Shown here: one piece after another, positions 25,201-37,081 of the stretch
Numbering within the stretch: position 1 is the stretch's first letter
Layout: the number at the start of each line of letters is the position of its first letter
Source: Reclinomonas americana ATCC 50394
Taxonomy: Eukaryota
Direction of reading: 5' to 3'
NCBI GenBank assembly: GCA_048213135.1
Contig: PS015400.1
Coordinates: 62,001 to 110,970, forward strand
DNA: 48,970 bases
Notes under the pieces: generated by a model
What the model saw: only the letters and a program-made list of their open reading frames with translations
Told to the model about the DNA's origin: nothing
Databases searched by the model: none
Position numbers and translations under genes: made by a program

Positions 25201-28200
25201 CGTTTGCAACGGTCGCAGTGTCCCCGGCAACCAGCGAGTTGTGTTGGAGCGATTTGCCGACAGCATCGATTTCAGCAACGAGCGGGAGCCGAAGCCGTTT
25301 GAGGGCCAGTTGGCTTATGGTCTAATCGGCGTCAGTTTCGAGGGGCAGGTGCGGTTGCTGTTTCCAAAGTCGCTTGGTGAAGCTCCATTAACGTGCGTTC
25401 CTCTTGTTATAGGTCATGAAGATTGCCTATCGCTCGGACGGCTTCCAAGACGAGCCGACCAAGGTGAATTTGCAGGATGCGGCCACCAAAGCAGACGATG
25501 ACGAGGAGGCGATGATACAGGCACTTCGCCTGCAGTTGGAACTGATCGCATCTTTGTGTTTGGTTTGTTGTCTTACGTTCGCGAAACTCATTGCCAGACA
25601 GTTCACGTCTCTCGCACTGTGCAGAATCGTCGAGTGCCGACTCGTGAGACTCTGCCACGCGCAGATCGAATTGATCAAGCACTCTTTGCCATGATCGAGC
25701 ACACTCTTTCGCGCGACGTGTTCGAGGTGGCCAAGGTGCTCGTTGAGACCGATCCTCGAGGCCGGTCGCAAGGCGTCCAGGGCAAGGAAGACGATGAGCG
25801 GCTGCAGAATGCAGCAGATAGTTTGCGCAAGGCCGCTGCTATCTTCATCCAGTACCGATTCGTTGACGTGGATCCATTCTTTGAGCGTCCCGTGCTGTAC
25901 TCCACTGAGGCGACGGCGGAGCAAGAAGCAGCTGTGCCGCTCAATTTCGACCAAGGAGCAGGCGTTGAGATGCAACCAATGGGTGCATCCGGTGGAGACG
26001 ATCGGAGAACGCGAGGTGAGATGCATGGATCGAGCTTCATTCTCCCGCTCGCTTCATCGCTGACTTTTGTTTGCGTGTGCGGGGACAGGAAATGAGAAGC
26101 CACCCACGGCGGCGTTCCGCGATGTCATTATTGAGCTGCTCCAGGGCAAGACCAATCCAAGCTCTCTGCTCTCAACAGTTACGTAACCTCTGCCCCGCTG
26201 CTGTCAACCCTCTCAAGCGCCAACATGAGCGCACAGTTGCTTCGGTCACTTTCCATGCTTGTGCGCTGGGGTGAAGTGCCGCTGGACCATTTCGACCAGA
26301 TCGTCGAAGGTGTCCGTAAGATGCTGGAGTATCACGACCCTGGTGTGTGTGCTGTTGTTGGGTTTTCATTCGCTCCCAACTTTTCCGCTGACCGTTTCAC
26401 TTGCGTGTAGACATCAAGGAGACCAAGCGGTTCCATTCCCTGCCTGCCAACGACATGGTTGTACGTTGCAAGATTGACTGCCTGGTGCTGCTCAATGACC
26501 TCTTCGATGTGCGCCTACGGCATCGAGTGCGCCGCCTGCTGCGCGAGTACTTGGCGAACGGTGCGCCTGCCGCCAACTCGGTTGTATCGAGAGAACATCT
26601 GGAGACCTTGTTTTTGGTGTGTACGCTTGATTTGTACCCGACAAGCTTAAGTCTTAGGTACACGCTGAACGTGGCTTCTTGTTTTCTGCACTTGCAGGAG
26701 GAATGGAAGGACTTTTGGAGTGCCAAGGAGGAGGACAAGATGGCGCATTTGCTGCTCGACTTGTGCAAGTATGACTATCCAAACATCCGTCTGCCTGCTC
26801 TGCAGCTCCTTTTCCGCATCCATCGGTGAGAACACGCCACCAATTCCACTGTGTGCCCTATTCCAGCAGAACACTTGTCTGACCGCCGGCGACCTTGTGC
26901 CTACTCGCAGTGATGCAGAGGAAGTGTGCGATGAGCTACGCTCCGCAGTATTCAAGTCGGTGTACGATGCGGAGGTGGTGGATGTGGCGAGCAACATTGC
27001 AGCGCTCCAGGCCCGCGGTACTCGAGTGACTGATTCGGATGACGACCGACGGAGTTGCATCGATGGAATTACACGGATTCTCGACGGTGAGTGTGCTCGC
27101 ACATGAACGTGTTGGCATTTCATGCACTTGCTCATCCCAAGCATACGCACACAGCTCTTGTCGCTCGTGACGCAATTGTGAAGGAGTGGCGACAGGCTCT
27201 TGATGGACTGCGGTACGCGCCGAACCCAGTTGCGCGTCAAGCGTCGATTCGGATGCTGGAAACTCTTGCCATTGGTGAGCACGTGGAGTAGTCGCTCATG
27301 ATTGTAGTGATTTCAGTCACTGATGTGTTGGTGGCAGAGCTGGAAGACAGAATGCCAGAGTTCGAGTCGTCGCGACTGCGTGCAGTGTTGAAGCGGTTCC
27401 TGGCGGCGCCGACTGCGCGACAGCGTCAAGCGGACATGCACATGATTGAGGAGCTGACGCGAGGTGCGTGGAGTCACCATAGTGCATTGTATTCCGGGTC
27501 AGTCAGTCAATTCTTCTTTGTGCAACCAACAGAGGTGACCGAGAGCGAGCTGCCACTCCGTCGCACCCAGCAGCTGTTGCATCAGCTCAACATGGGCCGT
27601 ATCGCCATTGCACTGCTCAAGCTGCCACTGGATTATGTGTACCAGGGCCGCCAAGCACAATCTGCGGGGGACACGTCGGACAGTGAAGTCACTATGACGT
27701 TCCTGTTCACCCAAATTTACCGCTTGCTTACTCTGGTACGGCAAAACCGCAAGTTTGCGCAGACATGTTGCCATCGTCATCTGATATTTTGTGGCATTCT
27801 CGCTATAGATGGTGCGGCACAACCGTGCGAACCAGAAGTGGTGTGCGTCGCACCTTGAGTTGTTCATGAAGCATTTGCGGTGAGTCAACGCTGAAGTTAG
27901 TTACATTTGCCCTGACAGCAAGTTGTCTCACTGCACGTGGTTCGGTAGGTTCTTTGATCCGGAAGAGCAGAGTCCGAAGCGCGCGGAAAAGGCGAAACTG
28001 CATCGTACCGTGGTGCGCTTCCTCACCGAGCTCCACGAGAACAATCACGCACTCTGCCACGGAGCCCCCAAGGAATACGTGGCCGATATTATTGGTCTCA
28101 TTATCAAGTACGGTCGCCACGAGCGCTACTTGAAGATGCTCTCTGTGTTGCTGGAGCCCAGTGGACAAATCATGCCCGACAAGCAGCAGCAGGTCATGGA

Positions 28201-31200
28201 TCTGTTGCTGGAGCATAACGCGTACGAGCTGCTGCCGTTCATGTTGCGTCACTGCCGTGCCTCTGTTTGTTCAGCTGCTTGCCGGTCTCTTATTTCACTC
28301 ATCATTCTGGACACAGTGTTCGATCTCGGCGAAATCTCGACGTCGGTGGTGAGGACGAGTATGATGACAGCGAGAGCGGTCCCGGGGCACAAGAGGAAGG
28401 TGAAGAAGATAATGCCGCGGTAGAAGACAATGCCGACGACTTTGATGGCGACGACGGTCCGTTTGAGGACGACGAGTATCAGTCATCCGACGAACAGCAG
28501 CGCACCTACAATCTCGCTGCCTTCAAGCTGCTGACTCAGTGTGCCAAAGGAAAGCAGAAGACTCACATGGTTAGTCTGGCCTTGAAGTGTTCGTCTTTGT
28601 TGTGCCTCACCGATTTGTCTTGTGTCATTGCCGCAGGCCGAGACCATGTGTCAGAGCTTGCTTCCTTTCCAAAAGGCTTTCGAGTTGCGCGAAGCTTTTG
28701 ATGACGAGACGGTGTTTGATTTCGTGTACGAGGTCTACGTCAACACGGAGCTGCGAGCAAATGCCGTGAAACCAAGTGATTATCACCAGTTTGTGGCAGA
28801 GGTGATCACTGGCCTGGAGGCATTCGTCAACGAGTCAGCGTCGTCGGACGCCGCTGGCGCCAATCAAGTAGACGCAGATGTCGACGGTTCGCTTCCTCGC
28901 TTGCTCACAGTTACACGCATCGTGGGATCTCATGTGAATCGTTTGTTGCCATGTAGTCGACCCTGACGAGGCCGGCGAGTCCTCTGTGCGTGAGACGTTT
29001 GAGCGACATTGGGAAGTATCGTGCAAGGACCAAAAGGAGCATTTTGAGAATGCTTTCTTGCACTACGCACCAATTCTCATTGGCGCCCTGGAGTCGCCGC
29101 TCGCTACGTATCACAACGATTTGCTGGATAGCAATCCGTTGCGTTTTGTGGCATGACAACGGTTGTGTGTCGTTGCCTCTCGCATTTACACATGCGATCT
29201 CGTGCAGGCAAGTAAGGAACCACATGTCAAGCTTGACTGGAGATGCCTTGCGCGTGGTCAGAAAGTGTTCCACTGACCGCTGGGTCAAGGAGGCCGAGGA
29301 GCTGAGGAAGGCCTACCAAATCGGCAGCGGAAATCCTGATGAAGGCTCCGTTCACGACACGGTGACAGCCTCGCAGCAAGGTTCCGGCGGGCATCGTGAC
29401 CCGAGTCGGGCTTTGTCCTCACCGACCTCGCCGACGCGGGAGACGACGCTGGACTTTGAATTTGGCGTGGCAGTCGACGACATGACCACCGACGATTTCA
29501 GTGACGAAGAGGAGATGGAGGACGCGCTGCTGGACAAGACTAAGTCGCCATCGAGTCCGCAACATCGCCCGTCGTCGGCAACTCGTGGAGGCCCTCACAG
29601 TCGACGAGCCAAGAAGTCATGCTGCGGATGGCTGTGTTGTGGATGTACTCGATGCTGTGCTGCGGACGACGCCGACGACAATGGTCGCGCTGGTGCTCCC
29701 TCGGCGCCCACCAAGGCAGCGGCGCTTGCCAAGCACGTCAAGCAGTTGCGTCTCTTTAGGTTGTCCGTCGCTCAATTCGTCGACTCTTTTTGACACTGGT
29801 CGTGCCTGTGAGCAGTGAGTACTTTGAGTTTGAGCGTGAGCAGCTATCGGCTTGCTTCCTTGAGCACGACGACGAGGCACGCCGCCGGCGCGCGGCGGCC
29901 AATCGCCCTTCGCTCTTCCGACGGATCTTTTGCTGTGGCCGTGCAAGAGGCAAGGCGGATTTCCAACACCAGTCGTTCGACGCCCGACGACTTAGCAACA
30001 AGCACGTTCGCTATTTGTACCTCGTCCTCGCCCCAGCGTTGCGTTCTTCCTTGCACGTGTTCGTGATCAAATCCGTCTCTACGAATGACACCCTACTGAC
30101 CGCAGCACCACGGAGGAAGGCCGCGATTCGAAGATCTACCATGATCCGGTGATCAACAGCTTGCAGACGCTGACACGAGTGCTGGACGCCAATTACAAGC
30201 TTGCTATGCGTGAGCACAACCCAGACTCGAAGCCGCTGGTGGACAACCAAAACATCCTGTGTCAGCATGGATATGTGGGGCTGATGTTGCAGCTGCTGAT
30301 CAGTTCCACTGAGGAGGTAATGCAGCGTGCGCTCGAGTTCGCCATCGCCATGCTTCAGCGCGGCAACCGCCGAGTGCAAGAGGCTGTGCTACACTTCTTC
30401 AGAACCCATCACGATCACGGCTTTTTCCACTTTGTCCGGCAGCGCTTGCGCCACACGTCACTGGAACTGGCCGAGACGAGCCGACATGAAGAGGCTGGCC
30501 AGGTCGGCCAGGAGCAACGCCGTGAGATGCACAGAGCGATGGTGACGACGGAGAAAATCCTGCGTCTGCTGCAATTGTTGTGCGAAGGCCACTTCCGACC
30601 GTTGCGTTTGCACCAGCAGAGATGTCGCGGGTGAGCAAGTGGCACTCATTCTGCGGCGGTGTGCACAACAGGCTGCAGGATTATCTGCGCGAGCAGGCAG
30701 ACTATTTGCACACTGTGGACCTCGTCAGCGAGACTGTGCAGTTCCTTGACGACACCGAGCGATTCATCAGATCTGGCAGTCTCACGTTGACTATGGCTGA
30801 CCAGACATTCTGCACGCTGTCGGAGCTAGTGCAGGGTCCGTGCGTTGAGAACCAGGTGAGACGAGTGCTGCTGGGATGTGTGGCTTGAGTCGTTGTGAAT
30901 GTCGACGACTCATGTGCGTGTGCTTCAGAAACGACTTGCCACCTCAAAACTGTGCTTCGTCATCAACCGCATTCTTCTGCGTCACTTTGTGCCGGCGCTG
31001 GAGATTGAGCGCGACTTCCGTGCGATCGGTCGATTTGAAAGCGGCCGGGTTGAGCGGCAGCGTAACAACTACGAAGTGTTGATGCTTCTGGTGAGTGTGG
31101 CAGTACATGGTGGTCATCAGTCCTTCATTTGTTTGTTCATGGTGTTGTGTTTGTGTGTCCGGCAGCGCAATGCATTGGTCTGTGTCAACAGTTTGATGGA

Positions 31201-34200
31201 GGGCGGACAGACAGTCGACGAGGATGTGTTGCACTCTGTGCTTGGCGGTTTCGATGTGCGTTACTGTCGATTTTACTTGCGGGGATCGTTTGCTTCGGTC
31301 GTCGTAACCATTCCTTCATGTTTCTGGTGTGCAGTTGCGCAATGTGCTCCGGTGCCATGACCTCATTGTGCAATATCTCGGCGGTCGTCTCAGTGACGGC
31401 GACACGTACGACCCAGTGCTGGACAAGCGCGTCACGTCGTTGACCACTGTGGTGTGTGTCACCTTTCAGCACTTGCGCGAGAGAAGCTGTGTTGCTGACG
31501 TGTCGTTGTTTTGTGTTCTTTCCCCTTTCGTGCAGCCCAACATGAGCAGCATCATGGCGGACGACATGGACTCGTCGATTGAGGAGAGCGATTCACCGCA
31601 CCATGCGCACCTCAAGATGCTCCGCACGCAGTTCGAGTTCGGCATGTTGTGCTACTTCCTGACGCGCCAACTCAAGACGCTGGACCCCAACTTCCTCTCG
31701 GACTCGGTGGTTCAGGTGCCGGATGATTTTGCGCTGTACCGACGGTACGCTGGTCACGTGGAAATTCTGCGCGACGATCAGCTGGAAGACGTGTACTATG
31801 TGATTCCCAACTCGGCCTTCTTTTTGCCCGAGTCGACCATGGAGAACTTCACGCTGTCTGTCAACCGTGACAGTGCGAGCGCGAAGATTGGTGGCCTGCT
31901 CTCCGAGTACCCCAAGTTCTTGCGCATCATGGATCACCAGGAGAAGCTGCAGCGCAGCTGGATCTTCCGACTCATTAATGGCTCGAAGAGCACGCTCAAG
32001 ACGTTTACATTCATGCTGGCGCTGGCCATCAATCTCATTCTTCTCCTGACATCGGTGGTCACCGAGCGCCCCACGGATGACACTGTGTTGCGTACACCGC
32101 GCGTCCTTGCTGTTCCTCCGTTGCATGTTACTCATCTAGAAGGTACAGCAACGTGGACTTCAATTCGGATGGTATCAGCGGACTGCTCCTCGCTCTCGGC
32201 ATCTTGCAGCTCATCACAGCATTTGCGATCTGTGAGTGACTCTTTGTGTGCCTGCCGCCGTTTGTGTGTCTGGTAGCTAATAAGCACTCTGCTTTACAGT
32301 ATCGATCTACTCGATCGGAGAAGCGTACACCACAATCTTAAATCGCTGGCCAACCAAGAAGCAGCGAAGGGTCTGTAATAGCTGTGTTCTTGTCTGTGAG
32401 CATCGTTGGACTTCTAACACTGGTGGATGATGCACATGGTAGGAATCGCGTTCGGAGCGTCTCTCGCAAGCCAAGTGGCGGCGTCCCGAGAATTCCACTG
32501 ATTTTACGGCCGTCGATGTGCATCCGTTTAGCCACCATCGATCCAAATGGTGGTTCAGCTTTGTGTTCCTCTGGTTCTTGTTCCGCGACAATACGTTTGT
32601 GTACCAGGTGCGTGTCTCTGTGTATGCTGGCTGTCGCTGACGCAGTGTGTTAACCGACATGTGTGTGTGTGTGTGTGTGTGCACGTGCAGTTGATGTACT
32701 TGATTGCCAGCATTCTTGGTCTCGCGGTGTCGCCGTTCTTCTACGCGTTGCGTTGGGATTGCTGAACACTGCAGTGGGCGTGAGTGTTTGTGCGGGGCCT
32801 GACTGTCGCGATGCGCGATGCAGCTTCCACTTGTTCGACATTGTCACGCGCTTCCCCGATTTGCAAAATGTGATTCGGTCGGTGACAAAGAACTGGGCCC
32901 CTCTGCTGCTGACGGTGCGGTGGCGTGCTTGCGTGCATTCATATTTTGCTCTCGCGACTTATCATCCCCGTTTGCTGTGTTTGTGCGTGCGTGCAGTTTG
33001 GTGCGTGTGACGGTTGTGTGTGCCTTCCCGTTTACGCTCCCTAACATGCATGTGTACTTGTCTGCGTCTGGCGCGCGTCGTGATTATAGCTCTCGGTGAG
33101 TGCATTTGTGATTCCTTGCAATCTTGTGCTGTTGTTGATCTCACTCGTCCTGTGTCACCTCACAGGTGTCTTTATCGTCTACGACTTTTCGGTTTCGTCT
33201 CACTGTCCCCTGTGTATGTGTCGCTGTTGTGTTGTTCCAACGCCCTCTGTGCAGATTTTCGCGTACTTGTTCTACAACTACGAGTTCCAGCTGAATCCCG
33301 ACAACGCAATCCCGAACAGTCCCACTTTCCTGTGTGACTCGTTCATCTCGTGCTTCTTCTACTATTTCAACTTTGGGTGCGTCGTATTCTCTTCTGCTCT
33401 TCTATTGTTTGTTACTCTCCTTCTCACGTCATCATTCATTGTTCGCACGATGCAGACTGCGTGGCGGGTCACAGTTCGAGGTACATTGCATAGCGTGTCT
33501 GATGTGGGTGCATGTCGTGAACTGATCCCTTTTTTGTGTGTATGCAGGCGTTCTTCAAGACAGATGCCTCCGTTGGCCGCGTGTTCTTCGACCTGCTGTT
33601 CTTCTGTTCCGTCCATGTTTTTTTAACTTGTTTCTCCGACCCCCCATCCCACACGTGCTGACACGCTTTGCTTACCGCGCAGTCATCATCATTACGGTGA
33701 CACTGAACCTCATCTTCGGTGCGTGCCTGTCGGTTGCAATCAGTGAGTTGATGGTGACGCGCGTATGCTCACCGTCGCGACAGGTATCATTCTCGACACG
33801 TTCGGCGACTTGCGTAACGAGAAGGAGAAGCGTGAGGAGGATCACGGTAACAAGTGTTTCATTTGCAACCGTGGAAGGACAGACTTTGAGCGATCCGGCA
33901 ATGGTATGCCGTGTAATGCTGCTGCTGTGACGTTGACGGCGCTGACTTGTGCTGTCTTCTCCACTCACAGGCTTCGAGAACCACATTTACGAGCAGCACA
34001 ATATGTGGGCCTACGTGTTCTTCCTGGTTCGTGCGCGTGCTTGCATCCAGTGGCGGGTTGGGCTTGCTGACGTGCACCACAGGTGTATCTGGCCAAGAAG
34101 GACTACACCGACCTCAGTGGCACCGAGCAGTACGTGCTGGAACTGGTGAGAGCAACGCTGATGCAAAGCCACACCAATGTTTTTTGCTGCTGCTAACACA

Positions 34201-34527
34201 CAGTGAACCACGCAGGCGCGCACCAACGACCACTCGTTCTTCCCCATCGATAGAGCCATTGTGCTCGAGCGAGCGGCGAACGACGCCAAGCCAGACGCGT
34301 CTGGCACGGGGCTGTTGTCGGCACTGGGTCTGTCGGGCGTCGCCGGCTCGAGTGGCTCGGGCTCATCGTCGGACCCCGACGCTGACACGCAGCTGGTCGA
34401 GCAACTCAGTCGCTACAGCGCCCCACAGCTTCTGCGCTCCGTCCGAGCCATCTCGCTCGCTCTTGACAAGAAGTACGAGGCTGCCGCAGCAGCCGCAGCC
34501 GCAGCGGCCAGCAGTGGTGGCGACTAA
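18845..34527 (+). CDS. ITPR: IP3 receptor-like Ca2+ channel, paralog 2, with a WD40 array inserted in the suppressor domain; multi-exon, 5' end in the gap
   Basis: Suppressor domain LQYG/DVIYL..GYLSTHG/TGDRRIVL..PPVDFQ/DAMFRVMPRQSHSA, resuming at EDTEN..VRFGDAVQFKHERSGMYL. Then MIR-like SSMWEVE..GGPLRWKSCIRLKHVATGRYL; RIH-like LRTLCVCNGRSVPGNQ; RIH-associated ILRLLQLLCEGHFRP/LQDYLREQ and TLSELVQGPCVENQ; GHVEILRDDQLEDVYY; TM region SPFFYA/FHLFD..LQNVIRSVTKN; S6 LNLIFG/IILDTFGDLR; Zn finger CFIC..HIYEQHNMWAY; GTEQYV. Stop TAA at 34525-34527. Confidence 0.95.
19531..22712 (+). other. WD40 repeat array (about 21 repeats) inside the single 3854-nt exon 19291-23144 of IP3R-2
   Basis: Repeated GH..W[DNS] units, e.g. 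GHTDWVRAVCISPDNTRAFSGSDDHHVRMWS, GHTDYIRSVALSPDGQYAFTASDDNSVRVWN, GHTDSVNCVVLTQDGRYMISGGDDCAVRIWS. Confidence 0.95.
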
Positions 34528-35049
34528 CTAAACGAGCCTTTATAAAACTCATATCCATCCAGTTTCGATTTGACCGCTGCCCAACCCACAACCGATCTTC
34601 ACCACGCACCACACTCGCACACTTGAAGCCGGCATGTGTCACATGTTTACAATACTGTGTAGTGACCACCGAGAGACGGTCAGCTTCCCCCAGGGCATGG
34701 ACGGGATTTTCTTCGACTCCGCAGCGATGCGTGAGGCGAACTACACATTTCGGCGTTTTGGTCTCAGAGACCACGCTGTTTTTTTTTTCTTTCTTTCACC
34801 ATGGTGTTCGTTGCCTTTACCTTCACTCCCCAAGGTCCTTTTCTCCGTCTCGCATCGAAGTGAGCGGCAAGAGAGTTGCGCAGACAATTTGTTTGTCCCC
34901 CCATCATCCCACGCACCGACCGGCTTCCCTCTCTCTCGCGAGCGCGTTCACACCCCGCCCGCCCTTCTCTCCGCCTCTCTCTCTCTCTCTCTCTCTCTTT
35001 GTTTGCTTGTGTATACGTGTGTGCGTGTGTCTGAGTGGTGATCAGCAGC

Positions 35050-35939
35050 ATGAGGACGTCAGTGACTGTGGCACTGACGGTGGTGAGCCTCGTCGTGGTG
35101 GCGACGGTGATGATGATGAGTGAGCAGGCAGAGGCCAGAGGTCAAGACTATTACACACTGTTGGGAGTCAAGCGCGGTGCAACGCCCGCGCAGATCAAGG
35201 TGAGCCGAGTGCAATTTGGTTTGCGTGCGAGTGACGCGTGTCACTTGCACGTCATCATCATCTTCATGTTCACTCCCACCTCATCACGATTGCACGGAGT
35301 AAGACGATGTGCATCACGTGTGTATGAGACAGAGAGTGTGCGTGAGAGGGAGAGAGAGGGAGAGAGAAGTTGGGAAAGGCAAGGCATGGCGGGCATGTCA
35401 AGTCACTGACTCTCTCTCCGTCACTGTCTTTCTTTTTGCACGCAGCGATCATATCGTAAGATGGCATCCAAGATGCACCCGGATCTGCATCCGGGCGACA
35501 AGAAGGCGGAGGAGGTGTGGATGGAGATCACTCGTGCGTACGAGGTGTTGTCGGACGCGCGACAGCGCGAGATTTACGATCAGCAGTTGCGCGACGAGTG
35601 TGGCGACCATGAGCGACGACGAAAAAAAGCGACTCACACTCTCATGTGCGCGCCACACACAGTGGTGAGGAGGGCGTGAATCAGTCGGGTCACCAGCAGC
35701 AGCAGCAGGGCGCCACCATCAAGTTGCGTTCTCGGTTTCAGTTGTCACTGTCAGCGTCGTCGTGCGTGTATTGACTTTGGCGCTTGTCGACGTGCAGTTT
35801 CGGTGGTCCCGGTGGCTTCACCATCAACTTTGGCGGCCCCAACGACGGCGAGGACAAGTACGAGGTGCCGAAGGGACCCGATCTGGTGATGGACTTGCCG
35901 ATCAGCCTGCGCGATCTGTACCTGGGTCGTGAGTTGGAG
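35050..35939 (+). CDS. DNAJB11: ER-lumenal DnaJ/Hsp40 (ERdj3/DNAJB11-like), 5' half
   Basis: Signal peptide MRTSVTVALTVVSLVVVATVMMMSEQAEA; J domain DYYTLLGV..IK/RSYRKMASKMHPD..AYEVLSD..REIYDQH/GEEG; G/F region; PKGPDLVMDLPISLRDLYLG. Confidence 0.9.
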
Positions 35940-36026
35940 GTGCGTCGCCAATGCCAGTGTGCGCGGAAAGAGTGTGTGAGAATGACGGCTTGTCGTTGTG
36001 TAGATTNNNNNNNNNNNNNNNNNNNN

Positions 36027-36765
36027 TGCTCCTCCGTCAGGCTCTCTGGGTAGTCAATGGTGAAGTGCACGTGCAAGTCGCCAAAGTAGTACGGGTCCTC
36101 GGTTCTCGGCATGCCCTCGCTCGGCACAATCATCTCAAAGCCTAGTCACCGCAGTGCGTGAGCAACAAACCACTCGTCTCCCTCTCTCTCTCTTGTGCGA
36201 GTCCACATACCAGGCTTCGTGGGATCCGTCCTCACCAGGCGGACCTCGTGGTTGTCCAGGTGCTTGATGGTGTAATCAAAGCCGACCAGTGACTGCAGCA
36301 GCGAAATGTGCTCGTCCACGTGCAGGTCGTCGCCGACACGACGGAAGCGCGGGTGCGGCATCGTGCGCAGACGCAGCACCAGATTGCCGGTGGTTCCGTC
36401 GAGCACGGGGTCCGAGGCCTCGCTGAACGACTGTGTGTTTGGTGTGAGTGAGCGCCGCCGACCGCACACCAACACTGCTGCGACGCAACAATTTCGTGGC
36501 CGTCGCGAGCTCCCTTCTCAATCTCCACCTCGAGTGTGCGCACGCTCGGCACAAAGTCGACGCTCGGGCACTCATCGCACCTGCCACCATGCACTCATCA
36601 GTTCCGGTCGGCACTGACGATGCCCGGCGACAAGCACGCACGCAGACGCAACTTGGTCTCCATGACCTGCTGGATAAAGTAGCCCTGCTGGCGAGTCACC
36701 ATCTGCTGACGGCAGTTGCACTTGCGCGTTCCACGGCCCTCCTCCTTGTCGTTACTGGCACGCAC
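36027..36765 (-). CDS. DNAJB11: ERdj3/DNAJB11-like DnaJ, 3' half, on an inverted contig
   Basis: GTRKCNCRQQMVTRQQGYFIQQVMETK/CDECPSV..LEVEIEKGARDGHEI/SFSEASDP..GNLVLRL..PHPRFRRVGDDLH..ISLLQSLVGF..HLDNHEV..KPG/..EGMP..GDLHVHFTIDYPESLTEE is the sequence expected directly after the + strand half. The block is flanked by N-gaps on both sides. Confidence 0.9.
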
Positions 36766-37081
36766 NNNNNNNNNNNNNNNNNNNNNNNNNNNNNNNNNNN
36801 NNNNNNNNNNNNNNNNNNNNNNNNNNNNNNNNNNNNNNNNNNNNNNNNNNNNNNNNNNNNNNNNNNNNNNNNNNNNNNNNNNNNNNNNNNNNNNNNNNNN
36901 NNNNNNNNNNNNNNNNNNNNNNNNNNNNNNNNNNNNNNNNNNNNNNNNNNNNNNNNNNNNNNNNNNNNNNNNNNNNNNNNNNNNNNNNNNNNNNNNNNNN
37001 NNNNNNNNNNNNNNNNNNNNNNNNNNNNNNNNNNNNNNNNNNNNNNNNNNNNNNNNNNNNNNNNNNNNNNNNNNNNNNNNN

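Noticed and set aside
29745-29815. Apparent stop/frameshift in IP3R-2 at FVDSF*
   Set aside because: It lies inside a GTTGCGT..AG intron; the spliced product reads KHVKH-EYFEFERE.
34620-35040. Short matches to spliceosomal or U3 RNAs (GTGTAGT, GCCTTTAC, TGAAGCCGGC, GTCTGAGTGGT)
   Set aside because: Isolated words without the required flanking stems, Sm site or box spacing.
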